Below the pieces are notes generated by a model. It had not been told where the DNA came from. It ran no database searches and was given only the letters and a program-made list of their open reading frames with translations. A stretch of DNA of 32,000 bases from Crocosphaera subtropica ATCC 51142 (lineage in GTDB: Bacteria; Cyanobacteriota; Cyanobacteriia; Cyanobacteriales; Microcystaceae): contig NC_010546.1 in assembly GCF_000017845.1 (NCBI RefSeq), positions 420,001 through 452,000 of the forward strand, in the 5' to 3' direction. The translations under genes were made by a program, and so were the position numbers. Below, in pieces: positions 19,140-26,180 of the stretch; the first letter of the stretch is position 1; every line of letters begins with the position of its first letter.

Positions 19140-19601
19140 ATGACTCAGGAGTGGATAAACGTGACGGGAATTATCACTAAAGGCCATCAAGTTGCTTCAG
19201 GAATGGCTAAAGATAGTCCTTATCCGCAAGGAACCATTCAAATGCAAACCCCTTTCTTTCAACAATTAGGATTAGATATTTCCCTTTTTTTTTCAGGAAC
19301 TTTAAACATTAATATTCGTCCTTATAAATTTAAACTGTACAATCCTCAATATACCTTTAAAGCTGTAAAATGGAATGCTCATTCTCCAGCAGAAACCTTC
19401 TCTTTTTCTTCTTGTCAGGTTATTCATCGAAAAACTAAATATACAGGACTCATTTACTATCCCCATCCTGAAACAAAACCTAACCATTTTCAAGACGATT
19501 CAACCCTCGAAATTTTAACCCAACCCCTTGATTATCTTGAATATGGTCAATCAATACAACTCAATTTGAATCCTACAGAAATTGATATTTTCTTCGATTA
19601 G
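19140..19601 (+). CDS. DUF120 / archaeal-type (CTP-dependent) riboflavin-kinase-like beta-barrel protein
   Basis: 153 aa. The pattern G-x-I-x-x-G-x-x-x-x-S-G ... F-x-x-LG ... GTLNI, and later YPHPETKPNH...LEIL, resembles the archaeal RibK/DUF120 family as I recall it. A GTG at 19161 with AGGAG 9 nt upstream is a plausible alternative start. The function is not established. Confidence 0.7.
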   Translation: MTQEWINVTGIITKGHQVASGMAKDSPYPQGTIQMQTPFFQQLGLDISLFFSGTLNINIRPYKFKLYNPQYTFKAVKWNAHSPAETFSFSSCQVIHRKTKYTGLIYYPHPETKPNHFQDDSTLEILTQPLDYLEYGQSIQLNLNPTEIDIFFD

Positions 19602-19618
19602 AGGTAAGATCAAGTATT

Positions 19619-20092
19619 ATGAAATTAGCAACGAAAATTGAGGCAATTCTTTATCTAAAAGGACAACCCTTAACTTTAATAGATATTGCTCAATGGGCTA
19701 ACTGTGAAGTTGATACAGCCCAAGAAGCGATGATGGAGTTAATCTCTGATTATGCTTATCGTGATAGTGCCTTAGAAGTGGTAGAAACTGAAGCAGGGTA
19801 CAGTCTACAATTGCGCTCACTTTTCGATGACCTTACGGATAATATCATTCCCGCAGAACTAGGCAAAGGAACCCTGAGAACCCTAGCAGCCATTGCTCTA
19901 AAAAATCCTATTGTTCAGACTGATTTAATTGAACTCAGAGGAAGTACCGCCTATCAGCACGTCCAAGAATTAGTAGAACTAGGTTTTGTCCGTAAACGTC
20001 GCCAAGAAAGCGGACGCTCTTACCTTTTAGAAGTTACCACCAAATTTCATCAATATTTTGAAATTGACCAGTTTCCCCAATCTACAGATTAA
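19619..20092 (+). CDS. scpB: Segregation and condensation protein B
   Basis: 157 aa. N-terminal IEAILYLKGQPLTLIDIA and two winged-helix-like units (RTLAAIALKNPIVQTDLIELRG). It starts 17 nt after the previous ORF. Confidence 0.85.
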   Translation: MKLATKIEAILYLKGQPLTLIDIAQWANCEVDTAQEAMMELISDYAYRDSALEVVETEAGYSLQLRSLFDDLTDNIIPAELGKGTLRTLAAIALKNPIVQTDLIELRGSTAYQHVQELVELGFVRKRRQESGRSYLLEVTTKFHQYFEIDQFPQSTD

Positions 20093-20174
20093 TTTTTAGC
20101 GATTTTTCCCAGTAGGGTTTATAGTGGGATATATATACAGTGGAACATAAGTCAACCCCAACTTTGGAGTTCTA

Positions 20175-20534
20175 ATGGTATTCAACTTTGATTTTTTCGC
20201 TTCTGAACCAGAAGAACAAAACCCTAACACCCTTATCCAATACCTGCAAAAACAGCATCCTGACACTCTTTCCCGTATTGCTCAATCAGCCAGTCCTGAA
20301 ATTCAACAAATCATTACGCAAAATGTACAGGGATTAGTGGGAATGCTCCCCTCTGGAGATTTTAACATTCAAGTCACCACTGATCGAGAAAACTTAGCCA
20401 ATCTTCTTGCTTCGGCCATGATGACAGGGTATTTTCTCAGTCAAATGGAACAACGGAAGAACTTGGAAGCTAACCTATCTAATGTAGATTCCATATCCCC
20501 CAATCAATCCCATGACCAGAAAGGAAAGGATTAA
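20175..20534 (+). CDS. DUF760-family protein
   Basis: 119 aa. The string LIQYLQKQHPDTLSRIAQSASPEIQQIITQNVQGLVGMLP...LANLLASAMMTGYFLSQMEQR matches my recollection of the cyanobacterial/plastid DUF760 family. Confidence 0.7.
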   Translation: MVFNFDFFASEPEEQNPNTLIQYLQKQHPDTLSRIAQSASPEIQQIITQNVQGLVGMLPSGDFNIQVTTDRENLANLLASAMMTGYFLSQMEQRKNLEANLSNVDSISPNQSHDQKGKD

Positions 20535-20557
20535 TGGTGAGGGGTCATCAAGTCAAA

Positions 20558-20597
20558 GGGACAAGTGGAGTTATTATTACCTATTCTATCTTGTCCC
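20558..20597 (-). terminator. Stem-loop between DUF760 and the small minus-strand ORF
   Basis: GGGACAAG (20558-20565) pairs perfectly with CTTGTCCC (20590-20597). The loop is large (24 nt). On the minus strand it is followed by TTTGACTTGA. This is a weak terminator candidate. Confidence 0.3.
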
Positions 20598-20620
20598 CCG
20601 ACAATACCCCTGTTCAGGGT

Positions 20621-20716
20621 TTAACCTCCTCTAGCAAAGCTTCCCATCACTAAAGCAGATAATAAAATGCCTGGGCTTAATAAAGCAATCAGTAAGAGTA
20701 GTTGGTCGACAGTCAT
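20621..20716 (-). CDS. Candidate 31-aa single-TM peptide (below the ORF-track cutoff)
   Basis: My translation of the minus strand is MTVDQLLLLIALLSPGILLSALVMGSFARGG, followed by a stop. GGAAG lies 6 nt upstream of the ATG. There is one hydrophobic helix and a stem-loop downstream. It sits in an otherwise empty 423-bp gap. Confidence 0.35.
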   Translation of the reverse strand: MTVDQLLLLIALLSPGILLSALVMGSFARGG

Positions 20717-20896
20717 AGTATACTTCCAAACGTTAATAAGTTCTTCTGTCACGCTAACGTATTTTCACCCAAAGTTTCCCTAATTAACTAATTTTTAATA
20801 CCATTTAATTTAAACAAGTGATTCCCTTTAAGAGTGCGACATCTTCTACCATGCACCCTAACACCAAACTAACAAATCAAATGAATGATGATCACG

Positions 20897-20919
20897 AAAA
20901 AACCCGGCTGATAACCGGG
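20897..20919 (-). terminator. Intrinsic terminator candidate after the 132-aa membrane protein gene
   Basis: On the minus strand, the CCCGG-ttatcag-CCGGG hairpin is followed by TTTTTT. It starts 39 nt after the 20958 gene end. Confidence 0.5.
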
Positions 20920-20957
20920 CTGCACTAGCTTGTGTCTATAAAAAATAAAATCACTAT

Positions 20958-21356
20958 CTAACAGATATGGCCACTCAATACCTCTTGAGCTAAATTACAA
21001 GTTAAGGGACAAGCAGCGTAAATAGAAGTGTGAGAGGGAGTTGCTTCGCCGTGCAGCCATCTCAACCAATGAACATCTTGGGGATGAATTCCTTTAACAG
21101 TTAGTAGTGCTGCTCCCAAGAAAACCACTAATAAATTAACACCAATCAAGGAACCAACCACTAATAAAACAGCACTTACCGGTAAAACGGATTGTAAAAC
21201 AACTGATGCTAAAGCCCCAAAAGTTGCCATTAAAACAACCAGGGGAAACCCAACGACTAATAAACAAACGATTAAAGTAAAACTCCAAACTAAGAAGCTC
21301 TTAACGAACGTTAAAGAGTCAACTTTACCTAATTCGGTTTTTTGTACAATTTCCAT
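20958..21356 (-). CDS. Hypothetical integral membrane protein
   Basis: 132 aa with about three hydrophobic helices (FLVWSFTLIVCLLVVGFPLVVLMATFGALASVVL..., LLVVGSLIGVNLLVVFLGAALL). It has a Cys/His/Trp-rich C-terminal tail (HWLRWLHGEATPSHTSIYAACPLTCNLAQEVLSGHIC). No family recognised. Confidence 0.6.
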   Translation of the reverse strand: MEIVQKTELGKVDSLTFVKSFLVWSFTLIVCLLVVGFPLVVLMATFGALASVVLQSVLPVSAVLLVVGSLIGVNLLVVFLGAALLTVKGIHPQDVHWLRWLHGEATPSHTSIYAACPLTCNLAQEVLSGHIC

Positions 21357-21800
21357 ATCTTCCTCCAGAGCAAACCAGTAACTTTATCTATTTTTGTAGA
21401 TAACGCTGTGTCAATCAGTATAGATAATCTCACGGATAAAATGAGCTTATTGAAAAAAAAATTTACATTCAAAGCTTACTTTATGGGTTAAAGATTGCAA
21501 AATGTTGCAAACAAGTTTGATCTCAACGAACTTATTGGGGATCAAGCTGATCTTTATAGAATTGAATGTAATCTTTTGTAATAATTATGGAAATTGAAAT
21601 AACTGTAGTTAATGCTACAAGTCTAATTTTTCTTTTCAATGATTCGATCACAGCGAAAAATTAATATATCTTAAACTTCAACAGTAATTTACTCAGAAAT
21701 CAATGAACAATTGCGGAAAAAACGGCCGTTACATAAGTTTTTTCGGCAACTTTGGGAACACTAATCATGGCAGATTATTTAACTCCCTGTTGTAAAAAAC

Positions 21801-21818
21801 GTTCAATTTGTTCAATTT
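21801..21818 (+). repeat. Perfect tandem 9-mer (GTTCAATTT x2) in the pilT2-like leader
   Basis: GTTCAATTT is at 21801-21809 and again at 21810-21818. The repeat ends 27 nt before the ATG at 21846 and lies just upstream of the AAGGAAG ribosome-binding site. Confidence 0.9.
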
Positions 21819-21845
21819 GACGTATTTCTAAGAAAAAGGAAGATT

Positions 21846-23189
21846 ATGACCCAGTCTCAACGCCCCTCCTTACCCCCTTTACCCCCTCCTCCCATCCCTC
21901 CTGTTAACGACTTTCAAGAAGCCAGCACGGACATGATGGAGATAGCAAAAGCATCAGAAAATGATGGAGCAACCCAGTTTATTCCCGCTTCTTCCATCAC
22001 CACCGAGTCACAAAGTTCGGCCAAACTAGCACAGGCTCCAACCGTCCCTAAACCCCCTATTGAGTCAGCAATACCGGCACCACCCCCCTTACCGACAACA
22101 CCCCCTAGAGGTTTTGGTCGTTCTCCTGGTCAACCCACTTTAGCCGAGTTAGTTCGTCATGCCTTTGATGAAGGGTTTTCTGATATTCACTTAGGGGTAG
22201 GAGAAAAACCCCGAATGCGCGATCGCGGAGAAATGGTGATTTTAGAATATCCAGACATCGACGAAAACACCTTTATGAGTTGGTTAAGGGAAATTCTCAA
22301 AGAAGACGAAATTCAACGCTTTAAAAAAGAATTAGAATTCGATGGGGCAACCCAGTACGACTTTGCCAGGGTTCGGATCAACATTTTCGATAGTTTACGG
22401 GGACCGGCGATGGTTCTGCGTCTCATTCCCCTGAAAATCTTGACCATGGAACAGTTACGCTTACCCATGATCTTTAAAGATATTTCCGATGCTCATAAAG
22501 GGTTAATTCTGGTCACAGGGCCGACTGGTTCAGGTAAATCTACCACTATGGCCGCTATGGTGGACTACATTAACAAAGAACATCCTAAACATATCATTAC
22601 CATTGAAGATCCGGTGGAATTTGTTCACCAAAGTCGTCGCTCTTTAATTAAACAAAGAGAAGTGGGGATGCACACCCTGAAGTTTGATAATGCTCTCAAA
22701 GCAGCCTTACGGGAAGATCCTGATATCATTCTAGTGGGGGAAATGCGGGACAAAGAAACGGTGAATACCGCCCTCAAAGCAGCCCAAACCGGTCACTTAG
22801 TCATGGGAACCCTCCATACCAATAGTGCGGTGAAAACCCTAGAACGGATTTTAAGCTTATATAATGCTGAAGAACGGGAAGCCATGCGGGTGGCGATCGC
22901 AGAATCTTTAGTGGCTATTATTGCTCAAGGGTTGTGTCGTACAACGGACGGAAAACGGGCTGCTTATCACGATATTTTGATCAATACAGAAACCATCAAA
23001 GATTATATTATCCAAGGGAAAAACGATGAGATTCTCGAATTAATGAAGGATGGTGAATTCGATGGGATGATTACCACCAACCAAGCCTTATTTAATCTCT
23101 ATCAAGAGGGACGCATTACTGAAGAAACGGCTTTAGAATTATCCCCAACCCCCAATGAAATTGCTATGATGTTAAGGGGTCGAATCTAG
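21846..23189 (+). CDS. pilT2: PilT-family ATPase paralogue (PilT2-like) with a proline-rich N-terminal extension
   Basis: 447 aa. Walker A GPTGSGKST, Walker B DPDIILVGEMRD, His box TGHLVMGTLHTNSA. Residues 1-97 are Pro/Ser/Thr-rich low complexity (PSLPPLPPPPIPP, PAPPPLPTTPP). The PilT signature helix is divergent (TIKDYIIQGK). AAGGAAG lies 4 nt upstream of the ATG. Confidence 0.9.
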   Translation: MTQSQRPSLPPLPPPPIPPVNDFQEASTDMMEIAKASENDGATQFIPASSITTESQSSAKLAQAPTVPKPPIESAIPAPPPLPTTPPRGFGRSPGQPTLAELVRHAFDEGFSDIHLGVGEKPRMRDRGEMVILEYPDIDENTFMSWLREILKEDEIQRFKKELEFDGATQYDFARVRINIFDSLRGPAMVLRLIPLKILTMEQLRLPMIFKDISDAHKGLILVTGPTGSGKSTTMAAMVDYINKEHPKHIITIEDPVEFVHQSRRSLIKQREVGMHTLKFDNALKAALREDPDIILVGEMRDKETVNTALKAAQTGHLVMGTLHTNSAVKTLERILSLYNAEEREAMRVAIAESLVAIIAQGLCRTTDGKRAAYHDILINTETIKDYIIQGKNDEILELMKDGEFDGMITTNQALFNLYQEGRITEETALELSPTPNEIAMMLRGRI

Positions 23190-23288
23190 AAAAAACCATA
23201 AAGAAATCAGGCTGAAGGATAAAGATGGGTTATAAAGAAACTAAGTCTTCTTTTATCCCATCTGTTATTCCTCTCCAAAATAGCGAAC

Positions 23289-24050
23289 ATGGCCGAAACA
23301 ACAAGGGTTGTACCGGAGTTGTTTAAGGGTATCGCCCTTTTTACCCCAGGTGGTGATCTCGTTTATTGTGTCGATAACAACAAACAAGTCCATTGGCATT
23401 CTCAATTATGCCTAGTTTTACAGGAATTATTAAAGTTACCAGAACCCCCTCATTTCCTGGTTCCTGGTTACACGGCAACCATTGATCGTTGGTTTTGTAC
23501 CAGAGAGAAAAGGGTCAAAACAGTTGCTGAGGTTTATCCTGCCGTTCGTCGGTACGAACCGTTATTAAATGTTCTTTTTAATGTGAAGGACGTGGTTTGG
23601 ACAACAGCCAATTGGCAAGAAGAGGTTTGTGATCCAGTTGTCATTGAAACCTATCGTTCTCAGTTTCCTCAACTTTGGGAAAACCATGATTTGCTAGTGC
23701 GTTTAGATGAACGTTGGGAACAGGAGCTAAAAACTCAATTTAATCCTGTCGAGACTCAGAAAAAAGATGAATTTGAAACCAATCAAGGCTATATTTTACG
23801 TCTTTTTGTTTCCGGTCATCACCCTTCCACTAAGCAAACGTTAAAAAAGATCCATCATCTCCTCGAAACCCAGTTAAGTCATCCTTATACCTTAAAAGTT
23901 ATCGATATTGCTAAACACCCAGAAATGGCCGAAACCCACCATGTTTCTGCAACGCCTACCTTGGTGCGTGTTTGGCCGAAACCGACAAGACGGATTGTCG
24001 GAGAATTGACAGATTTATCTAGGGTTCTACAACTGATCACCACAAATTAA
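23289..24050 (+). CDS. Elongated KaiB-domain protein (unassigned ~166-aa N-terminal region plus C-terminal KaiB/thioredoxin-like domain)
   Basis: 253 aa. Residues 167-253 (YILRLFVSGHHPSTKQTLKKIHHLLETQLSHPYTLKVIDIAKHPEMAETHHVSATPTLVRVWPKPTRRIVGELTDLSRVLQLI) align without gaps to the KaiB at 14900-15220. By hand, 34 of 83 positions are identical. Confidence 0.88.
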   Translation: MAETTRVVPELFKGIALFTPGGDLVYCVDNNKQVHWHSQLCLVLQELLKLPEPPHFLVPGYTATIDRWFCTREKRVKTVAEVYPAVRRYEPLLNVLFNVKDVVWTTANWQEEVCDPVVIETYRSQFPQLWENHDLLVRLDERWEQELKTQFNPVETQKKDEFETNQGYILRLFVSGHHPSTKQTLKKIHHLLETQLSHPYTLKVIDIAKHPEMAETHHVSATPTLVRVWPKPTRRIVGELTDLSRVLQLITTN

Positions 24051-24112
24051 CTAAGTCAACTTACAGTTCTTAGTTATCAATTATTAGTAACACCTTATCT
24101 AACCATTGTCTG

Positions 24113-24433
24113 ATGGATACTCTCAATTTGGCAACAATAGCCACCTTAATTTACGGAATTTTATTGCTTCTCGGTGGCATTATGGGTTATGTTACCGCTA
24201 AGAGCAAACCTTCTTTAATTTCTGGCGTTCTTAGTGGTTTGCTCTTATTACTGAGTGCTTTTTTTCAATGGCAGCAAATATCAGTTGGGCTGATTTTGGC
24301 TCAAATCTTAACTCTTATTCTTGCCATCGTCTTTGGAATCAGATTCTGGAAAACCCGAAAATTTATGCCAGCCGGGTTAATGTTAGGGATCAGTGTGGCT
24401 ATGTTGACAATTTTGTTCCAAACAACCAGTTAA
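24113..24433 (+). CDS. TMEM14/UPF0136-like small membrane protein
   Basis: 106 aa with four hydrophobic helices. The N-terminal string IYGILLLLGGIMGYVTAKSKPSLISG is typical of the TMEM14 family. Confidence 0.75.
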   Translation: MDTLNLATIATLIYGILLLLGGIMGYVTAKSKPSLISGVLSGLLLLLSAFFQWQQISVGLILAQILTLILAIVFGIRFWKTRKFMPAGLMLGISVAMLTILFQTTS

Positions 24434-24819
24434 GCCAAGGTTTCGGGACAATAACCTAATCCTCTGGTAAATTGTTGACGGAATGCCTCAATATCACTGC
24501 TATCAGGGGATCCATGAGAAACAATAGCCACTTGATAACGACTCATGACATCGATAGGAGATTGACCGGTTTCGAGACTCCAGAACACCATTTGTAAGCG
24601 AATTTCCAATTCGTAAGGAATACCTAATTCATTCATAAAGGCCTTAAAATTCCCGTGTTCTTCTGGAGTTAAGGGTTGTTTAAATTTAATTTTGATAATC
24701 CAACCATTAATTTGATGAATCACAGTCATCGAGCAAAGGGATGAATCATACTTTCGTTGTAGATATTCAATCACCCGTAAAGTCAAACTTGCATTGGCTA
24801 AAAAATAAATATAGTCCAT
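24430..24819 (-). CDS. Hypothetical protein
   Basis: 129-aa ORF that converges on the TMEM14-like gene with a 4-nt overlap. It is divergent from queA. No family recognised. Confidence 0.5.
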   Translation of the reverse strand: MDYIYFLANASLTLRVIEYLQRKYDSSLCSMTVIHQINGWIIKIKFKQPLTPEEHGNFKAFMNELGIPYELEIRLQMVFWSLETGQSPIDVMSRYQVAIVSHGSPDSSDIEAFRQQFTRGLGYCPETLA

Positions 24820-25094
24820 TATTTTCCCCCTTAATTTTTCTGCTGAACAATTCCTCTAGCTCTAGTGTGCCAATGATCCCTCAATTTGTTGTAGGGGACT
24901 TCCCCCCTATTTTGTTAAAGTGATATGGGGGAAACTACCCAACTCGGTAACCAATCCTGTGGTTATACGGATATAGTATGAGAACTGTTCGCTTATTATG
25001 GGGAAAACACCAATGAATTCCCAAATTATGTATCTTATTTTACACTATTTGTCTAGCATATAACGAATTAAGCTCTTTTGGGAACTGTCATTTT

Positions 25095-26180
25095 ATGAGT
25101 AGTGATCATTTATTATCCAGTTACGATTATGATTTACCTCCAGAATTAATTGCCCAAAATCCCATGATTCCTAGGGATCATTCGCGGTTATTAGTGATTA
25201 ATTCTCCCACCACCCATATTCATAGCGTTTTTCGGGATTTACCTAAGTGGTTATTACCAGGGGATTTATTGGTGTTTAATAATACTCGTGTCATTCCTGC
25301 ACGACTTTATGGAAAAAAAACCACAGGTGCGCCTGTAGAAATTTTATTATTAGAAGAAAAAGAGCCTTTTTGTTGGTTGGCGTTAGTTAAACCTGGAAAA
25401 CGGTTTAAAATTGGCAGCGAAATTCATTTTCCATTAGATCACAATGATGATAAAGAAGATATGTTTCTAGCAGCTACTGTTTTAGATAGGGATGAAGAAA
25501 CCGGGGGAAGATTACTCAAGTTTAACGTTGATTCTCTTGATTTATTTTGGAAAAAAATCGAAGAAATTGGTCAAATTCCTTTCCCTCCTTATGTTACTGA
25601 ATCTGAAGCTGATTCGTCTCAATATCAAACGATTTATGCTCAAAAACCTGGGGCTGTCGCTGCACCCACCGCCGGACTTCATTTTACAGATGAACTCTTA
25701 GACAATTTACAGCACAAAAGAATTAATCAAGCTTATATTACGTTACACGTCGGGTTAGGTACATTTCGTCCCGTTGATATGGAAAATATCAAAGAACATA
25801 AGATGCACCAGGAATGGATAGAAGTTCCTGATGTAACCGTTGAAAAAATCAAAGAAACAAAAGCCAATGGGGGTCGAGTCATCGCCGTGGGAACCACCGT
25901 AGTAAGAGCCTTAGAAGGAGCAGCAAAAGCAGCAGAAATGGAAGGGAAAAAAGACTTAAAGGCTTTTAGAGGCAAAACAGATATTTTTATTTATCCTGGA
26001 TATTCTTGGCGTGTTATTGATGGCATGATTACCAATTTTCACTTACCAAAATCCAGTTTGTTGATGTTAGTCAGTGCTTTAATTGGGCGAGAAAGATTAT
26101 TAGATTTATATCAAATAGCGATTAAAGAAAAGTATCGCTTTTATTCTTTTGGAGATGGAATGTTAATTTTATTGTCCTGA
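25095..26180 (+). CDS. queA: S-adenosylmethionine:tRNA ribosyltransferase-isomerase
   Basis: 361 aa. YDYDLPPELIAQNPMIPRDHSRLLV, AAPTAGLHFT, VGTTVVRALE and ITNFHLPKSSLLMLVSA are QueA hallmarks. Confidence 0.95.
   Translation: MSSDHLLSSYDYDLPPELIAQNPMIPRDHSRLLVINSPTTHIHSVFRDLPKWLLPGDLLVFNNTRVIPARLYGKKTTGAPVEILLLEEKEPFCWLALVKPGKRFKIGSEIHFPLDHNDDKEDMFLAATVLDRDEETGGRLLKFNVDSLDLFWKKIEEIGQIPFPPYVTESEADSSQYQTIYAQKPGAVAAPTAGLHFTDELLDNLQHKRINQAYITLHVGLGTFRPVDMENIKEHKMHQEWIEVPDVTVEKIKETKANGGRVIAVGTTVVRALEGAAKAAEMEGKKDLKAFRGKTDIFIYPGYSWRVIDGMITNFHLPKSSLLMLVSALIGRERLLDLYQIAIKEKYRFYSFGDGMLILLS

Noticed and set aside
20621-20716. Possibility that the 31-aa peptide is PsaM, which has the same length and a similar D-x-Q...ALL-P layout.
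   Set aside because: A residue-by-residue comparison with the PsaM sequences I remember gives only scattered matches, and the spacing of the Pro differs. I will not assign a name without a database search.
21703-21795. 30-aa upstream ORF (MNNCGKNGRYISFFGNFGNTNHGRLFNSLL) in the pilT2 leader. A 24-aa ORF also starts at 21587.
   Set aside because: There is no ribosome-binding site, and the Asn/Gly-rich composition is consistent with random AT-rich sequence. The ORF spans the 21713-21748 hairpin, which is a more economical explanation of the local sequence constraints.
23216-23270. Complementary segments in the pilT2 to KaiB-like spacer (GGATAAAGA / TCTTTTATCC and AGATGGG / CCCATCT) that might form a terminator or switch.
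   Set aside because: The two pairings are mutually exclusive, each is short and AT-rich, the loops are about 20 nt or longer, and no T-run follows. I cannot support either a terminator or a riboswitch call.
23289-24050. Reading the KaiB-domain gene as part of a second kaiBC-type oscillator.
   Set aside because: No kaiC paralogue is adjacent or anywhere else in the window. The neighbouring genes are a PilT-family ATPase and a TMEM14-like membrane protein.
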